Sequence record: SRR31156797_2984
Length of the DNA: 41,953 nucleotides
Strand: one strand, 5' to 3'
A model generated the notes under the pieces. That model saw nothing but the letters and a program-made list of their open reading frames with translations. It searched no databases and was not told the origin of the DNA. The position numbers were made by a program, and so were the translations under genes. Numbering within the stretch: position 1 is the stretch's first letter; each line of letters begins with the position of its first letter. Shown here piece after piece: positions 1 to 8,428 of this stretch.

Positions 1-28
1 AGGCCCCCGGCAGGGCCGCCGGAGGCAT
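1..28. repeat. Possible tail of a GC-rich intergenic (REP-like) element, cut by the window edge
   Basis: GC-rich AGGCCCCCGGCAGGGCCGCCGGAGGCAT abuts an AT-rich spacer. The GCCGCCGGAGGC end resembles repeats I recall from Desulfovibrionaceae intergenic regions. Only one partial copy is present here. Confidence 0.3.
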
Positions 29-49
29 ATCATATAAAAAAGAACTCTT

Positions 50-886
50 ATGAAAACACGAGCATTATCATTTACACTTCCTGTTATGGCTCCGGCTTTA
101 CTGGCCGTGATCTGGATCGGACTTGCCCGCGAGATCGGCAATCAGGTCATTTTACCCGGCATAGAACAGGTCGGTCAGATTGTCTTTCATCCCACCGAAG
201 ATTTGATCAGTATGGGATCACTGGCTGGCAATGTGCTGGTCAGCCTTGTGCGGGTAATCATGGGCTATACGCTGGCGGCCATTGTTGCCATTCCGCTGGG
301 GGTGGTCATGGGCTATTATGGGGTGGTCTTTAAATTTTTCAACGGCTTCCTGAACCTGTTCCGGCCCATCCCTCCGCTGGCATGGGTTCCGCTGGTCATG
401 GCCTGGTTCGGAATTTCCAGTCTTGCAACTTTAAGCGGTGTAGAAACAGGTCAGCTATATATCTATCTGGACAACATCAAATTTTCCATGCTGTTCATTA
501 TTTTCATCGGTGCCTTCTATCCCATCCTGACCTCGACCATTCACGGGGTACGCAATGTTAATAAGACACTGATTGATTCCGCGCGCGTGCTTGGCGCTAA
601 CGAGCGGCAGATTTTCCGCAAGGTACTGCTCCCGGCGGCAATGCCTTCCATCATCACCGGAATGCGTATCGGGCTGGGTATTGCGTGGATGTGCCTTGTT
701 TCCGCAGAAATGCTCCCCGGATCACTTTCCGGTATCGGCTACATGATCACCCACGCATTTACACTGGCTTCAACGGACATTGTCATTGCCGGGATGATTT
801 CCATCGGCGCGGTGGGAGCTGCAATGGACGCGGTATTCCGCCGCGTTGAACACAAACATTTTTCATGGCGCAGGCAGGCGGACTAG
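50..886 (+). CDS. ABC transporter permease, SsuC/TauC/NrtB family
   Basis: Multiple TM segments, the RPIPPLAWVP motif and the EAA-loop LIDSARVLGA. Abuts the ATPase gene. Confidence 0.92.
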   Translation: MKTRALSFTLPVMAPALLAVIWIGLAREIGNQVILPGIEQVGQIVFHPTEDLISMGSLAGNVLVSLVRVIMGYTLAAIVAIPLGVVMGYYGVVFKFFNGFLNLFRPIPPLAWVPLVMAWFGISSLATLSGVETGQLYIYLDNIKFSMLFIIFIGAFYPILTSTIHGVRNVNKTLIDSARVLGANERQIFRKVLLPAAMPSIITGMRIGLGIAWMCLVSAEMLPGSLSGIGYMITHAFTLASTDIVIAGMISIGAVGAAMDAVFRRVEHKHFSWRRQAD

Positions 887-1648
887 ATGAACCAGAAAAT
901 AGAACAAGTCATAGAAATCAACAGACTAAGCAAAGAATACACAACCGGGACAGGAAATACAGTTCTTGCTGTAGACAGTGTCAGCCTGCAAATTCCCCGC
1001 AATTCCTTTACCTGCATTGTAGGCCCTTCCGGCTGCGGAAAATCCACCATTCTGCGTATAGCAGCAGGTTTGGAGAAAAGTTCCTCAGGTACTATTCATT
1101 ACAATGGATGCCCAGTCAGCAAACCTTGCGCGGAAATAGGTCTTGTGTTTCAGGAATACTCACTATTTCCGTGGTTGAACGTGCTCGATAATGTCGCTTC
1201 CGGGCCGGAATTTGCCGGGGTTGATAAGGACAAACGGTATGAAGACGCACTTCGCTACATACGCATGGTCAACATGATTGATTTCAAAGATGCCTATCCT
1301 CATGAACTTTCCGGAGGCATGCGACAACGGGTTGCCATTGCCCGTGCCCTTACTAATGAACCGGACGTCCTGTTCATGGATGAACCCTTCGGGGCCCTTG
1401 ATGCCCACACCCGTATCCTGCTGCAGAAAGAATTGCTCAAGGTATGGGAGATGACCCGCAAAACAATCGTGCTGGTCACCCACTCTGTTGATGAAGCAAT
1501 CTACCTCGCTGACCGCATTGTAATTATGTCCAGCCGTCCGGGCCGCATTCACAAAAGTCTTAATGTGGAAATGGAACGCCCCCGCAGCAGGGCTATGCCT
1601 GAATTTGGAGAGTTGACTGACTATATTTTGAAAGAGTTGGAACACTAA
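887..1648 (+). CDS. ABC transporter ATP-binding protein, SsuB/TauB/NrtD family
   Basis: Walker A GPSGCGKS, signature LSGGMRQR, Walker B LFMDEPFGALD and H-loop VTH. Confidence 0.95.
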   Translation: MNQKIEQVIEINRLSKEYTTGTGNTVLAVDSVSLQIPRNSFTCIVGPSGCGKSTILRIAAGLEKSSSGTIHYNGCPVSKPCAEIGLVFQEYSLFPWLNVLDNVASGPEFAGVDKDKRYEDALRYIRMVNMIDFKDAYPHELSGGMRQRVAIARALTNEPDVLFMDEPFGALDAHTRILLQKELLKVWEMTRKTIVLVTHSVDEAIYLADRIVIMSSRPGRIHKSLNVEMERPRSRAMPEFGELTDYILKELEH

Positions 1649-1731
1649 CTTAAATATTGATTTTTATCCCTTACCCCCCTAGTAAGGCCGGAAAGCCAAA
1701 CCAAACTTCTGATCATCAGGGATAAATAACC

Positions 1732-2187
1732 ATGCAAATCTGGGTCGACGCCGATGCCTGCCCCAAAGCAGTAAAAGAAATTTTGTTCAAGACAGCCACG
1801 CGCAGGGAAGTAAAACTTACCCTTGTGGCTAACCAATACATGAATATTCCCACATCACCTTTCATTGATATGATCAAGGTCGGTGCCGGATTTGATGTAG
1901 CCGATAATGAAATAGTTAAGCAGTGCAATCCCGGAGATCTAGTCATCACCGCAGACATACCACTTGCAGACAAGGTCGTTGAAAAAGGCGCAACAGGCCT
2001 TAACCCCCGCGGCGAACTTTACACCGAGGACAACATCAAAGGCATACTGAGCATGCGTAACCTCATGGAAGAACTGCGCAGTGCTGGAACTGTTTCCGGC
2101 GGTCCGGCCGCGTTCAGCCCCAAGGACAAGCAAAATTTCACCAACCAGCTTGATAAATTCCTGACCCGCAGCCTGAACCGAATTTAG
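1732..2187 (+). CDS. yaiI: YaiI/YqxD family protein (UPF0178)
   Basis: [11 protein letters not shown] start, [12 protein letters not shown] and PRGELYT family motifs. Confidence 0.93.
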   Translation: MQIWVDADACPKAVKEILFKTATRREVKLTLVANQYMNIPTSPFIDMIKVGAGFDVADNEIVKQCNPGDLVITADIPLADKVVEKGATGLNPRGELYTEDNIKGILSMRNLMEELRSAGTVSGGPAAFSPKDKQNFTNQLDKFLTRSLNRI

Positions 2188-2291
2188 CAAAGCATAAAAA
2201 TTTACCCGTAAATATATACACCTCCTCCCTAAATCTGCTAAGCTTAGTCTGAAAACCAAGCTCTGATGATTGAATAACCAAGGGAGGCAGC

Positions 2292-3569
2292 ATGACCGAT
2301 CTCCATTTCTCAGACAAAAAGACTGCTGAAATACACCAACTGGAAAAGCTGAATCAGATTCTGGGTATTGCCGTTCAAGCCCCTTTTTATAAAAAACTTT
2401 ATCAGGGTATTGAATTGCCACTGAAGAGTCTGGACGATCTTAAACAAATTCCGGTTATCGACAAGCAGGCCCTCTGCACTGAAGGACAAGCCTGTAAGAA
2501 GGCCCTGTATACCCGCACTACCGGAGGCTTCTATAAGTTTTCCACCGGAGGGACCTCCGGCAGAATGACTTTTGCCCGCTACGGCCTGGATGAATTCCGG
2601 GAAGTCTGCGAAGGCGCGGCATACGGCCTTATCGCCTGCGGCATCACCCCTTCGGACGTGGTTGCCAACTGCATCCGGGCCGGAGCTTTCTGGACCGGTT
2701 TTCTGACCAGCTACCGTGCCCTTGAAATGATCGGCTGCAACATCCTGCCTATCACTGACAACCAGCCCGTGGAACGGACCCTCGATTATCTGGAGATGAT
2801 GGGACCGAACACACTTTTCGGCATTTCCCCCACGCTGGTCCAGATTGCGCAGGCAGCCACACGGCGTGGTCTCAAGCTTAATATTGAAAAAGTAGCTTTT
2901 GCCTCCACTCCCCTGACCACCGAACAGGAAAGCTACCTTTCCTCAATCTGGCCCAACGCCACTTTCCATTCTGCCGGATACGGCGCAGCCGAAGTTGGCC
3001 CCATCGGATTCCAGTGTGAACATTGCACCGGAACAGAACATCATATCCTGCAACCGCACTGCATTGTGGAACAGGATGACGACGGCGGAATAATTGCCAC
3101 TTCACTGATCCGTTCCCTGCAACCCGCCATACGCATGAAAGTAGGCGACAACATCGAATGGATGGACGGCGAATGTCCCTGCGGAAGAACCAGCCCGCGC
3201 TTCAAGCTCTTGCAGCGTTCCGATGAAATCATCGAATTCCAATACGATTCCATGTCGTTGGAACAGATCGGTCATTGTCTCGGCAATTTCAAGGAACTGG
3301 CCCCGGTCTTCCAAGTCCGGCTGGACCTCAACGGAGAGGAAACAGACATCATTATCCGCGTAGAAGCAGCGGATGGTGAGGCTGTGGATGATTATCAGCT
3401 CTGCTCCAAGGTCTATGAATGCCTTACTGACGACATCCCCGCAGTAGGCGTCAACCGCAAGAAGAACAGTATCCGCGCATTCAAAATTCTGGTTGTACCC
3501 TCCGGCGGCATACAGAGAGTGGAAACCACAGGTAAGATCAGACGGGTCATTGATAAGCGATTCATGTAA
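2292..3569 (+). CDS. Phenylacetate-CoA ligase/F390-synthetase-like adenylate-forming enzyme, substrate unknown
   Basis: AMP-binding loop STGGTSG, YGAAEVG, CPCGRTSPR and C-terminal TGKIRRVIDKR. Strong RBS AGGGAGG at 2281-2287. Confidence 0.85.
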   Translation: MTDLHFSDKKTAEIHQLEKLNQILGIAVQAPFYKKLYQGIELPLKSLDDLKQIPVIDKQALCTEGQACKKALYTRTTGGFYKFSTGGTSGRMTFARYGLDEFREVCEGAAYGLIACGITPSDVVANCIRAGAFWTGFLTSYRALEMIGCNILPITDNQPVERTLDYLEMMGPNTLFGISPTLVQIAQAATRRGLKLNIEKVAFASTPLTTEQESYLSSIWPNATFHSAGYGAAEVGPIGFQCEHCTGTEHHILQPHCIVEQDDDGGIIATSLIRSLQPAIRMKVGDNIEWMDGECPCGRTSPRFKLLQRSDEIIEFQYDSMSLEQIGHCLGNFKELAPVFQVRLDLNGEETDIIIRVEAADGEAVDDYQLCSKVYECLTDDIPAVGVNRKKNSIRAFKILVVPSGGIQRVETTGKIRRVIDKRFM

Positions 3570-3584
3570 ATTTAAATCAGAACT

Positions 3585-3624
3585 CAAAGCCCCTCTTTGC
3601 CGAAACAGGTAAAGAGGGGCTTTG
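3585..3624 (+). terminator. Intrinsic terminator hairpin after the PaaK-like gene
   Basis: Perfect 14-bp inverted repeat CAAAGCCCCTCTTT / AAAGAGGGGCTTTG followed by TTAT. Confidence 0.8.
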
Positions 3625-3630
3625 TTATGC

Positions 3631-3687
3631 AAAATTACACTCATGTAATTTTCAAGTAATGAGGACGCAATGGTGAGGCCTCACTAT
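3631..3687 (+). promoter_or_regulatory. Putative response-regulator-activated promoter (copy 1)
   Basis: 22-bp palindrome AAAATTACActcaTGTAATTTT, G(T/C)AAT half-sites at 3645, 3656 and 3667 (11-bp period) and a -10-like CACTAT at 3682-3687. Same layout recurs at 6611-6667. Confidence 0.75.
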
Positions 3688-3727
3688 TCCCCGTATATGA
3701 AAACTCATTTCACTCAAGGGGGAAAAC

Positions 3728-4510
3728 ATGAAACTTTATAAAAAAGACACGCCATTTACCTTTTCAAGGGACGCCATACGATTTTTCTTCGCCGCCAATT
3801 TTTATATTATGATGAAAATTCTAGGGATAGAATTTGAACTTGAAAGCGAATACCTCGTACTTGGTTCTATAGTCCTTTTCGGACCGTTCTTCTGTAGCTG
3901 GGCCTGCCCGTTCGGAAGTGCTTCCTATTTTGCCACCCGCATCGGCAACAAGATTTTTCCGAAGCTGCAATTTAACATCCCACAGCCCTATGATAAGTGG
4001 CTGCGCCTGCTGCGTTACCCGCTGCTGGGATTCTTCCTTTACCTGTTCTTCATCAAAGGGGTCAGCTATTTCGGTGACCATATCGAAATGTATAAATCCA
4101 CTGCATTCTCTTGGAATTTCATCAAAGCCAAACATTTTGCGGTCCTGCTCATCCCCCTGTTCATTCCCAACTTCTTCTGCAAATATATGTGCTTTCAAAA
4201 AGCAGGCTACAACCTGATCAATAAAGTCTGCAAACTCTGTAAAATCAAAAGAAATACTGAAGCCTGCATCGACTGCAAAAAATGCGACCGGGTCTGCCCT
4301 ATGCAGGTCAATCCCTCATCCAAAAAAGAAATCTGCGGTGATGACTGCCTGAGCTGCTATAATTGTCTGGATGATGTATGCCCATCCAAAGCAAACGCTC
4401 TTTCACTGGAATTTCTCGGACGCAAAGTCAATCCGTCACTGTTCTCAGCTCTGGCTATAGCCGTATATCTGGTTGCCACCTATCTGGTCTTATTCGTATA
4501 TCACTGGTAA
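3728..4510 (+). CDS. 4Fe-4S-binding membrane protein (NapH/MauN/YccM-like)
   Basis: FCSWACPFG and FCKYMC membrane-proximal motifs, two ferredoxin motifs (CIDCKKCDRVCP and CLSCYNCLDDVCP) and several TM helices. Confidence 0.85.
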   Translation: MKLYKKDTPFTFSRDAIRFFFAANFYIMMKILGIEFELESEYLVLGSIVLFGPFFCSWACPFGSASYFATRIGNKIFPKLQFNIPQPYDKWLRLLRYPLLGFFLYLFFIKGVSYFGDHIEMYKSTAFSWNFIKAKHFAVLLIPLFIPNFFCKYMCFQKAGYNLINKVCKLCKIKRNTEACIDCKKCDRVCPMQVNPSSKKEICGDDCLSCYNCLDDVCPSKANALSLEFLGRKVNPSLFSALAIAVYLVATYLVLFVYHW

Positions 4511-4517
4511 AGATATG

Positions 4518-4547
4518 GGCAGTGCGGCCGAACAAGGCCGCACTGCC
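4518..4547 (+). other. Intercistronic GC-rich stem-loop without a U-tract
   Basis: Perfect 12-bp stem GGCAGTGCGGCC-gaacaa-GGCCGCACTGCC, a few nt upstream of the regulator RBS (AAGGAG). Confidence 0.65.
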
Positions 4548-4564
4548 ATGCAAAGGAGATTCTG

Positions 4565-5245
4565 TTGAGGATACTTATTGTTGAAGACGATACTACCATT
4601 GCCGACTATATTGCCCAAGGATTGCGCGAATCCGGCTTTACAGTGGATCATGCTACGGATGGAAATGACGGGCTGAACTTCGCCCTGAACACAGAATACG
4701 ATGCAGCCATAATAGACCTTATGCTTCCGGGCCGCGACGGGCTGAGCATCATAGCGGAGATGCGGGGCCGCGCAATCGAAACCCCGGTGCTTATCCTCAG
4801 CGCCCGCCAAAGTGTTGATGACAAGGTCTCAGGCCTTCAGGCCGGGGGCGACGATTATCTGACCAAACCCTTCTCCTTTGTGGAACTGCAAGCCCGTTTG
4901 CAGGCCCTTATCCGCAGGTCATCCCGGACCCCGTCAGAATCAAAGCTAAAAGTCGGTGATCTGGTCTTAGACCGCTTCACCCGTGAAGTCAGCCGCGATG
5001 GGACACAGATAATCCTTCAGGCAAGGGAGTACGGACTGCTGGAATATATGATGAACAATGCCGGCCGGGTAATCACCAAAACAATGATCCTTGAGCATAT
5101 ATGGGATTACAGCTTCAATCCACAGACCAATGTAGTGGAGGTGCTCATGCACCGGCTACGCTCCAAGGTGGACAAGCCTTATGCAAACAACCTGATATCC
5201 ACAATTCGCGGGGTCGGTTATGTGCTCACTGACAAAAAAGATTAA
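4565..5245 (+). CDS. OmpR-family response regulator, CusR/CopR-like
   Basis: REC domain (IVEDD, IIDLMLP, DDYLTKPF) plus winged helix (TNVVEVLMHRLRSKVD, TIRGVGY). TTG start with RBS AAGGAG. Confidence 0.93.
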   Translation: MRILIVEDDTTIADYIAQGLRESGFTVDHATDGNDGLNFALNTEYDAAIIDLMLPGRDGLSIIAEMRGRAIETPVLILSARQSVDDKVSGLQAGGDDYLTKPFSFVELQARLQALIRRSSRTPSESKLKVGDLVLDRFTREVSRDGTQIILQAREYGLLEYMMNNAGRVITKTMILEHIWDYSFNPQTNVVEVLMHRLRSKVDKPYANNLISTIRGVGYVLTDKKD

Positions 5246-6611
5246 ACAACATTTATTATCATCCCGAATTATTACCTCTTATTTTCTACTCTTTGTCGTC
5301 AGCACGCTCTGTTTGTTTGCGCTGAGCACTTTTATGCTCGACTTCTACCTGACCCAGATGGAGCGAGAGCGCATAAACGAACGAGTACAAGCATATAAAA
5401 ATATAAACGAAGAAAAAGGGTTCGAGTCACTCCTGAAAACAATACGCGTTCAGCATCAAGCCAACAGATTCAGCAATATTTTTATTTATATAACTGACGC
5501 GAACGGCAAAACAGTCTGGCTTACCATACCGCAGGATCTCGAAGAACTGGAATGGACCCCGTTCATACTGTCAACCTTCCCGAAACAATCAGGATGGCAC
5601 CCAGTGGACCTGCCCATACTGAATGATCTGGACATTCTCATTACCCCACTTGAAAACGGATACACCCTGCGTACCGGACGCACCACCGAGCGGCAGGAAT
5701 TCATGGTTGAAGGATTGCAAAGCGTATTTATGATAGTCCTTGGCGGAGTGATCATTCTAGGACTCATCGGCGGAGTAATGTTTTCCCGTCATGTTCTTCG
5801 CCCCGTACGGGAACTAGCTACAACAGCTAAAAACGTTTCCTCCGGCGATATGAAAAGTAGGGTCCCGGTCTTTGAAAAAAGCGGGGAACTGCGTGAACTG
5901 GCAGAGCTTTTCAATATCATGCTGGAACGGATTGAAATTCTGATCACAGCCATGCGCGACACCCTCGGCAATGTAAGTCATGATTTGAGAACCCCGCTGG
6001 CCCGCATGAAGGCTCGCATTGAACAGGTTTTGTTGTCTGACTCTTCAGCAGAAGAACAGCGGGAAGTACTCATGGACTGCGCTGAAGACGTGGAACGCAT
6101 CGACAAACTCATCAACATGCTCATGGATATTACCGAGGCGGAAACAGGTCAGATGAACCTTTCCCTCAAACCTCTTTCCTGTGCTGATTTAATTGCTGAG
6201 ACAATTGATCTCTATGAAATAATTGCCGAAGATCGCAATATCAGTATGGACAGTCAAGCCAATAACTTTATGATTTCAGCGGACCGTCAACGCACTCTGC
6301 AAGTCCTCGGCAACCTGACTGACAACGGGCTAAAATACACCCCGGAAGGCGGGAAGATTATTTTCAGAACCGATCTTGAAGATAAATTCACGGTAATTTC
6401 CATACAAGATACCGGACCGGGTATTCCTGAAGAAGAAAGGGAACGCATATTTGAAAAGTTATACCGAGAAGACAAAAGCCGCTCCACAAAAGGCGTAGGA
6501 CTGGGATTAAGCCTTGTCCGTGCGGTAATGCAGGCCCATAGCGGAAGCGTAACTGTTCGTAGTGCCCCGGGAGGCGGCAGTATTTTTGAAATCCGCTTTC
6601 CAAGAGCCTAA
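5220..6611 (+). CDS. HAMP-domain sensor histidine kinase
   Basis: Two TM helices, HAMP, H-box SHDLRTPL, N-box NLTDNGLKY and G-boxes DTGPGI/GVGLGL. Overlaps the regulator gene. Confidence 0.93.
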   Translation: MCSLTKKIKQHLLSSRIITSYFLLFVVSTLCLFALSTFMLDFYLTQMERERINERVQAYKNINEEKGFESLLKTIRVQHQANRFSNIFIYITDANGKTVWLTIPQDLEELEWTPFILSTFPKQSGWHPVDLPILNDLDILITPLENGYTLRTGRTTERQEFMVEGLQSVFMIVLGGVIILGLIGGVMFSRHVLRPVRELATTAKNVSSGDMKSRVPVFEKSGELRELAELFNIMLERIEILITAMRDTLGNVSHDLRTPLARMKARIEQVLLSDSSAEEQREVLMDCAEDVERIDKLINMLMDITEAETGQMNLSLKPLSCADLIAETIDLYEIIAEDRNISMDSQANNFMISADRQRTLQVLGNLTDNGLKYTPEGGKIIFRTDLEDKFTVISIQDTGPGIPEEERERIFEKLYREDKSRSTKGVGLGLSLVRAVMQAHSGSVTVRSAPGGGSIFEIRFPRA

Positions 6612-6667
6612 AAATTACACCTAAGTAATTTTCGGGTAAGCAAAGGGCAATTCCCTGTGTTCATTAT
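6611..6667 (+). promoter_or_regulatory. Putative response-regulator-activated promoter (copy 2)
   Basis: AAAATTACacctaaGTAATTTT palindrome, half-sites GTAAT/GTAAG/GCAAT at 6625, 6636 and 6647, and a -10-like CATTAT at 6662-6667. Offsets are identical to copy 1. Confidence 0.75.
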
Positions 6668-6697
6668 GTTCTCAACAAGCAAAAAAGGAGAACCATA

Positions 6698-7297
6698 ATG
6701 TCCAAAAAAATCATCAAAGAAGTGCTTATCGTAACCTGTGCAGTAACCACTATCAGCTTCGGAGCTATTACCGCTACTGCAAATGATTTCGGCAGCGACG
6801 ACTACATCAAAAGTGCGGACTACATCATGAAATCCGCAGAGCAGAGCAACTCCACCCTTGCAAGTCTGGTCGGCAAAGCCGAGAACGCCGCTCAAGGTAT
6901 TGCAGTTGAAGTAGAAATTGAAGATGAAAACGGAGAACAATATGTTGAAGTCGACATCCTCCGCCAAAAAGAAATTGTACAGGTCAAATGTTCGCTCATA
7001 ACAGGAGAAATCCTGAACATCAGCCAGCCGGAATTCCTGTCCAGCCTGATTGAAAAATTGCACAGCCAATATCAGTCAGCACAGGATAAAAAACTTAATA
7101 TGGAACAAGCCATTCGTCAGGCTGAAATCAGCACCCTTAGCACTGCCTACCGGGCCGAGCTAGAAAACATTGACGGCCTGCTCTGCTACCAGATCCACCT
7201 ATTCACCCCGCAAAGAAATATAATGGTCATGCTTGACCCGGAAAACGGACGAGTTCTAAGTCATCGGGATATTGAACGTCGGGATGACGAACATTAA
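6698..7297 (+). CDS. Exported protein with two PepSY-like domains
   Basis: Signal peptide ending ATA. Two repeats of the helix-beta pattern (AVEVEIEDENG..YVEVDI..LITGEIL and AYRAELENIDG..YQIHL..DPENGRVL). RBS AAGGAG. Confidence 0.8.
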   Translation: MSKKIIKEVLIVTCAVTTISFGAITATANDFGSDDYIKSADYIMKSAEQSNSTLASLVGKAENAAQGIAVEVEIEDENGEQYVEVDILRQKEIVQVKCSLITGEILNISQPEFLSSLIEKLHSQYQSAQDKKLNMEQAIRQAEISTLSTAYRAELENIDGLLCYQIHLFTPQRNIMVMLDPENGRVLSHRDIERRDDEH

Positions 7298-7302
7298 AAA
7301 AC

Positions 7303-7334
7303 AAGGGCGGAATGTCACAGACACTCCGCCCTTT
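7303..7334. terminator. Bidirectional terminator between convergent genes
   Basis: AAGGGCGGA-ATGTC-aca-GACAC-TCCGCCCTT hairpin, with an A-run before and TTT after. Confidence 0.75.
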
Positions 7335-7348
7335 GCAATCCCAAAAAG

Positions 7349-8428
7349 CTAATTATCTTCCAGCCCCTGCACCATCATCAGTTTAAACAGCATCTCGATG
7401 AACTTACCGGAAACCACATCCGGCAGTGCAAAAAGCGGCAGCTTTCCCTCTTGCATGGTTCCTGTGCAGGCGAACCAAATTTCCTTGGAAATTTTATCCA
7501 GACCGGGCATGAGTTCCTCGCGCCACAACTGCCCGTTTTCCGATGTATCCAATCCGAAAGCACGGCATTGCAAGGGTCTAAAATCAAAAAGCCGACATTT
7601 TCCTTCCTCCAGTAACGGGCAAATGGAATCCACACCGGAAAGACAGAATCCGGCTTCGTTATCGCTGGAAATTTCCCGCATGGCCAACCGCTCAGCCCGC
7701 GCTGTAACAACTGCTTTTTCGATAACCGCCAAACGATCCTCGTGAGTCAGTTCAAGATTCACACAATGACTAAGATGAAGGGCCTCAGCTAGAGTCATCC
7801 GCAATGGAGTCCGGCAGCAACGGTCATGATCCAATCCGCATTGCTGAAGATCTTTAAATTTTATAGCCCGTTGTTCAACCTTGCCTGCTAATTCAAGATA
7901 ATCATTAAAAAAAGGGGATAGATCTGCCCGCCGCTTAAACTCAACACTGGGTGGGCGCGCGGTAAGTTTGCCACTTTTGCGGCCATACTTGCGAATAGTC
8001 CACCACTGCGAAAAGTTCGCTGGTTTGGAACGCAATGCCTTCATTTTCCGTCCGGCCAGCTTGTGCCCCAGCCCGCGCCGTAACAGGTATGCATTGAGCA
8101 CTGTCCCGGTTCTGCCGATACCGTGACGGCAGTGAATAAGCACCTTCTTGCCCAGATAAATTGACTCATCCAGCCACTCAAGCGCGTTTTCCAAATCCAC
8201 CAGTCCCGGAGCCTCTTCGTCTTCAAGGGGTAAATAATAGACCTCAAACCCGGCATCCTGCTCAATCTCATGCAGGTCGCAAAATTCACCACAAAGATTA
8301 ATGATCCCGTCAATACCCTGTGCTTTGAGGGAATCCAACTGGGCATGACTCATGGGGGCGCAGCCGACGGCCAGCTGATCGGTCACCCAGCTGGGCTTAT
8401 ATACATGTCCGCTGTTCTGCTCAGACAT
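7349..8428 (-). CDS. Dual-specificity (CX5R) phosphatase fused to a YkgJ/FliB-like cysteine-cluster domain
   Basis: P-loop IHCRHGIGRTG and acid loop LPLEDEEAP. C-terminal Cys pattern C..CC..CPLL..CRLF..RPLQCRAF. Confidence 0.85.
   Translation of the reverse strand: MSEQNSGHVYKPSWVTDQLAVGCAPMSHAQLDSLKAQGIDGIINLCGEFCDLHEIEQDAGFEVYYLPLEDEEAPGLVDLENALEWLDESIYLGKKVLIHCRHGIGRTGTVLNAYLLRRGLGHKLAGRKMKALRSKPANFSQWWTIRKYGRKSGKLTARPPSVEFKRRADLSPFFNDYLELAGKVEQRAIKFKDLQQCGLDHDRCCRTPLRMTLAEALHLSHCVNLELTHEDRLAVIEKAVVTARAERLAMREISSDNEAGFCLSGVDSICPLLEEGKCRLFDFRPLQCRAFGLDTSENGQLWREELMPGLDKISKEIWFACTGTMQEGKLPLFALPDVVSGKFIEMLFKLMMVQGLEDN

Noticed and set aside
2251-2270. GAAA...CTGATGA resembling a hammerhead core or fluoride riboswitch
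   Set aside because: The required flanking stems and the riboswitch 5' pseudoknot sequence cannot be formed.
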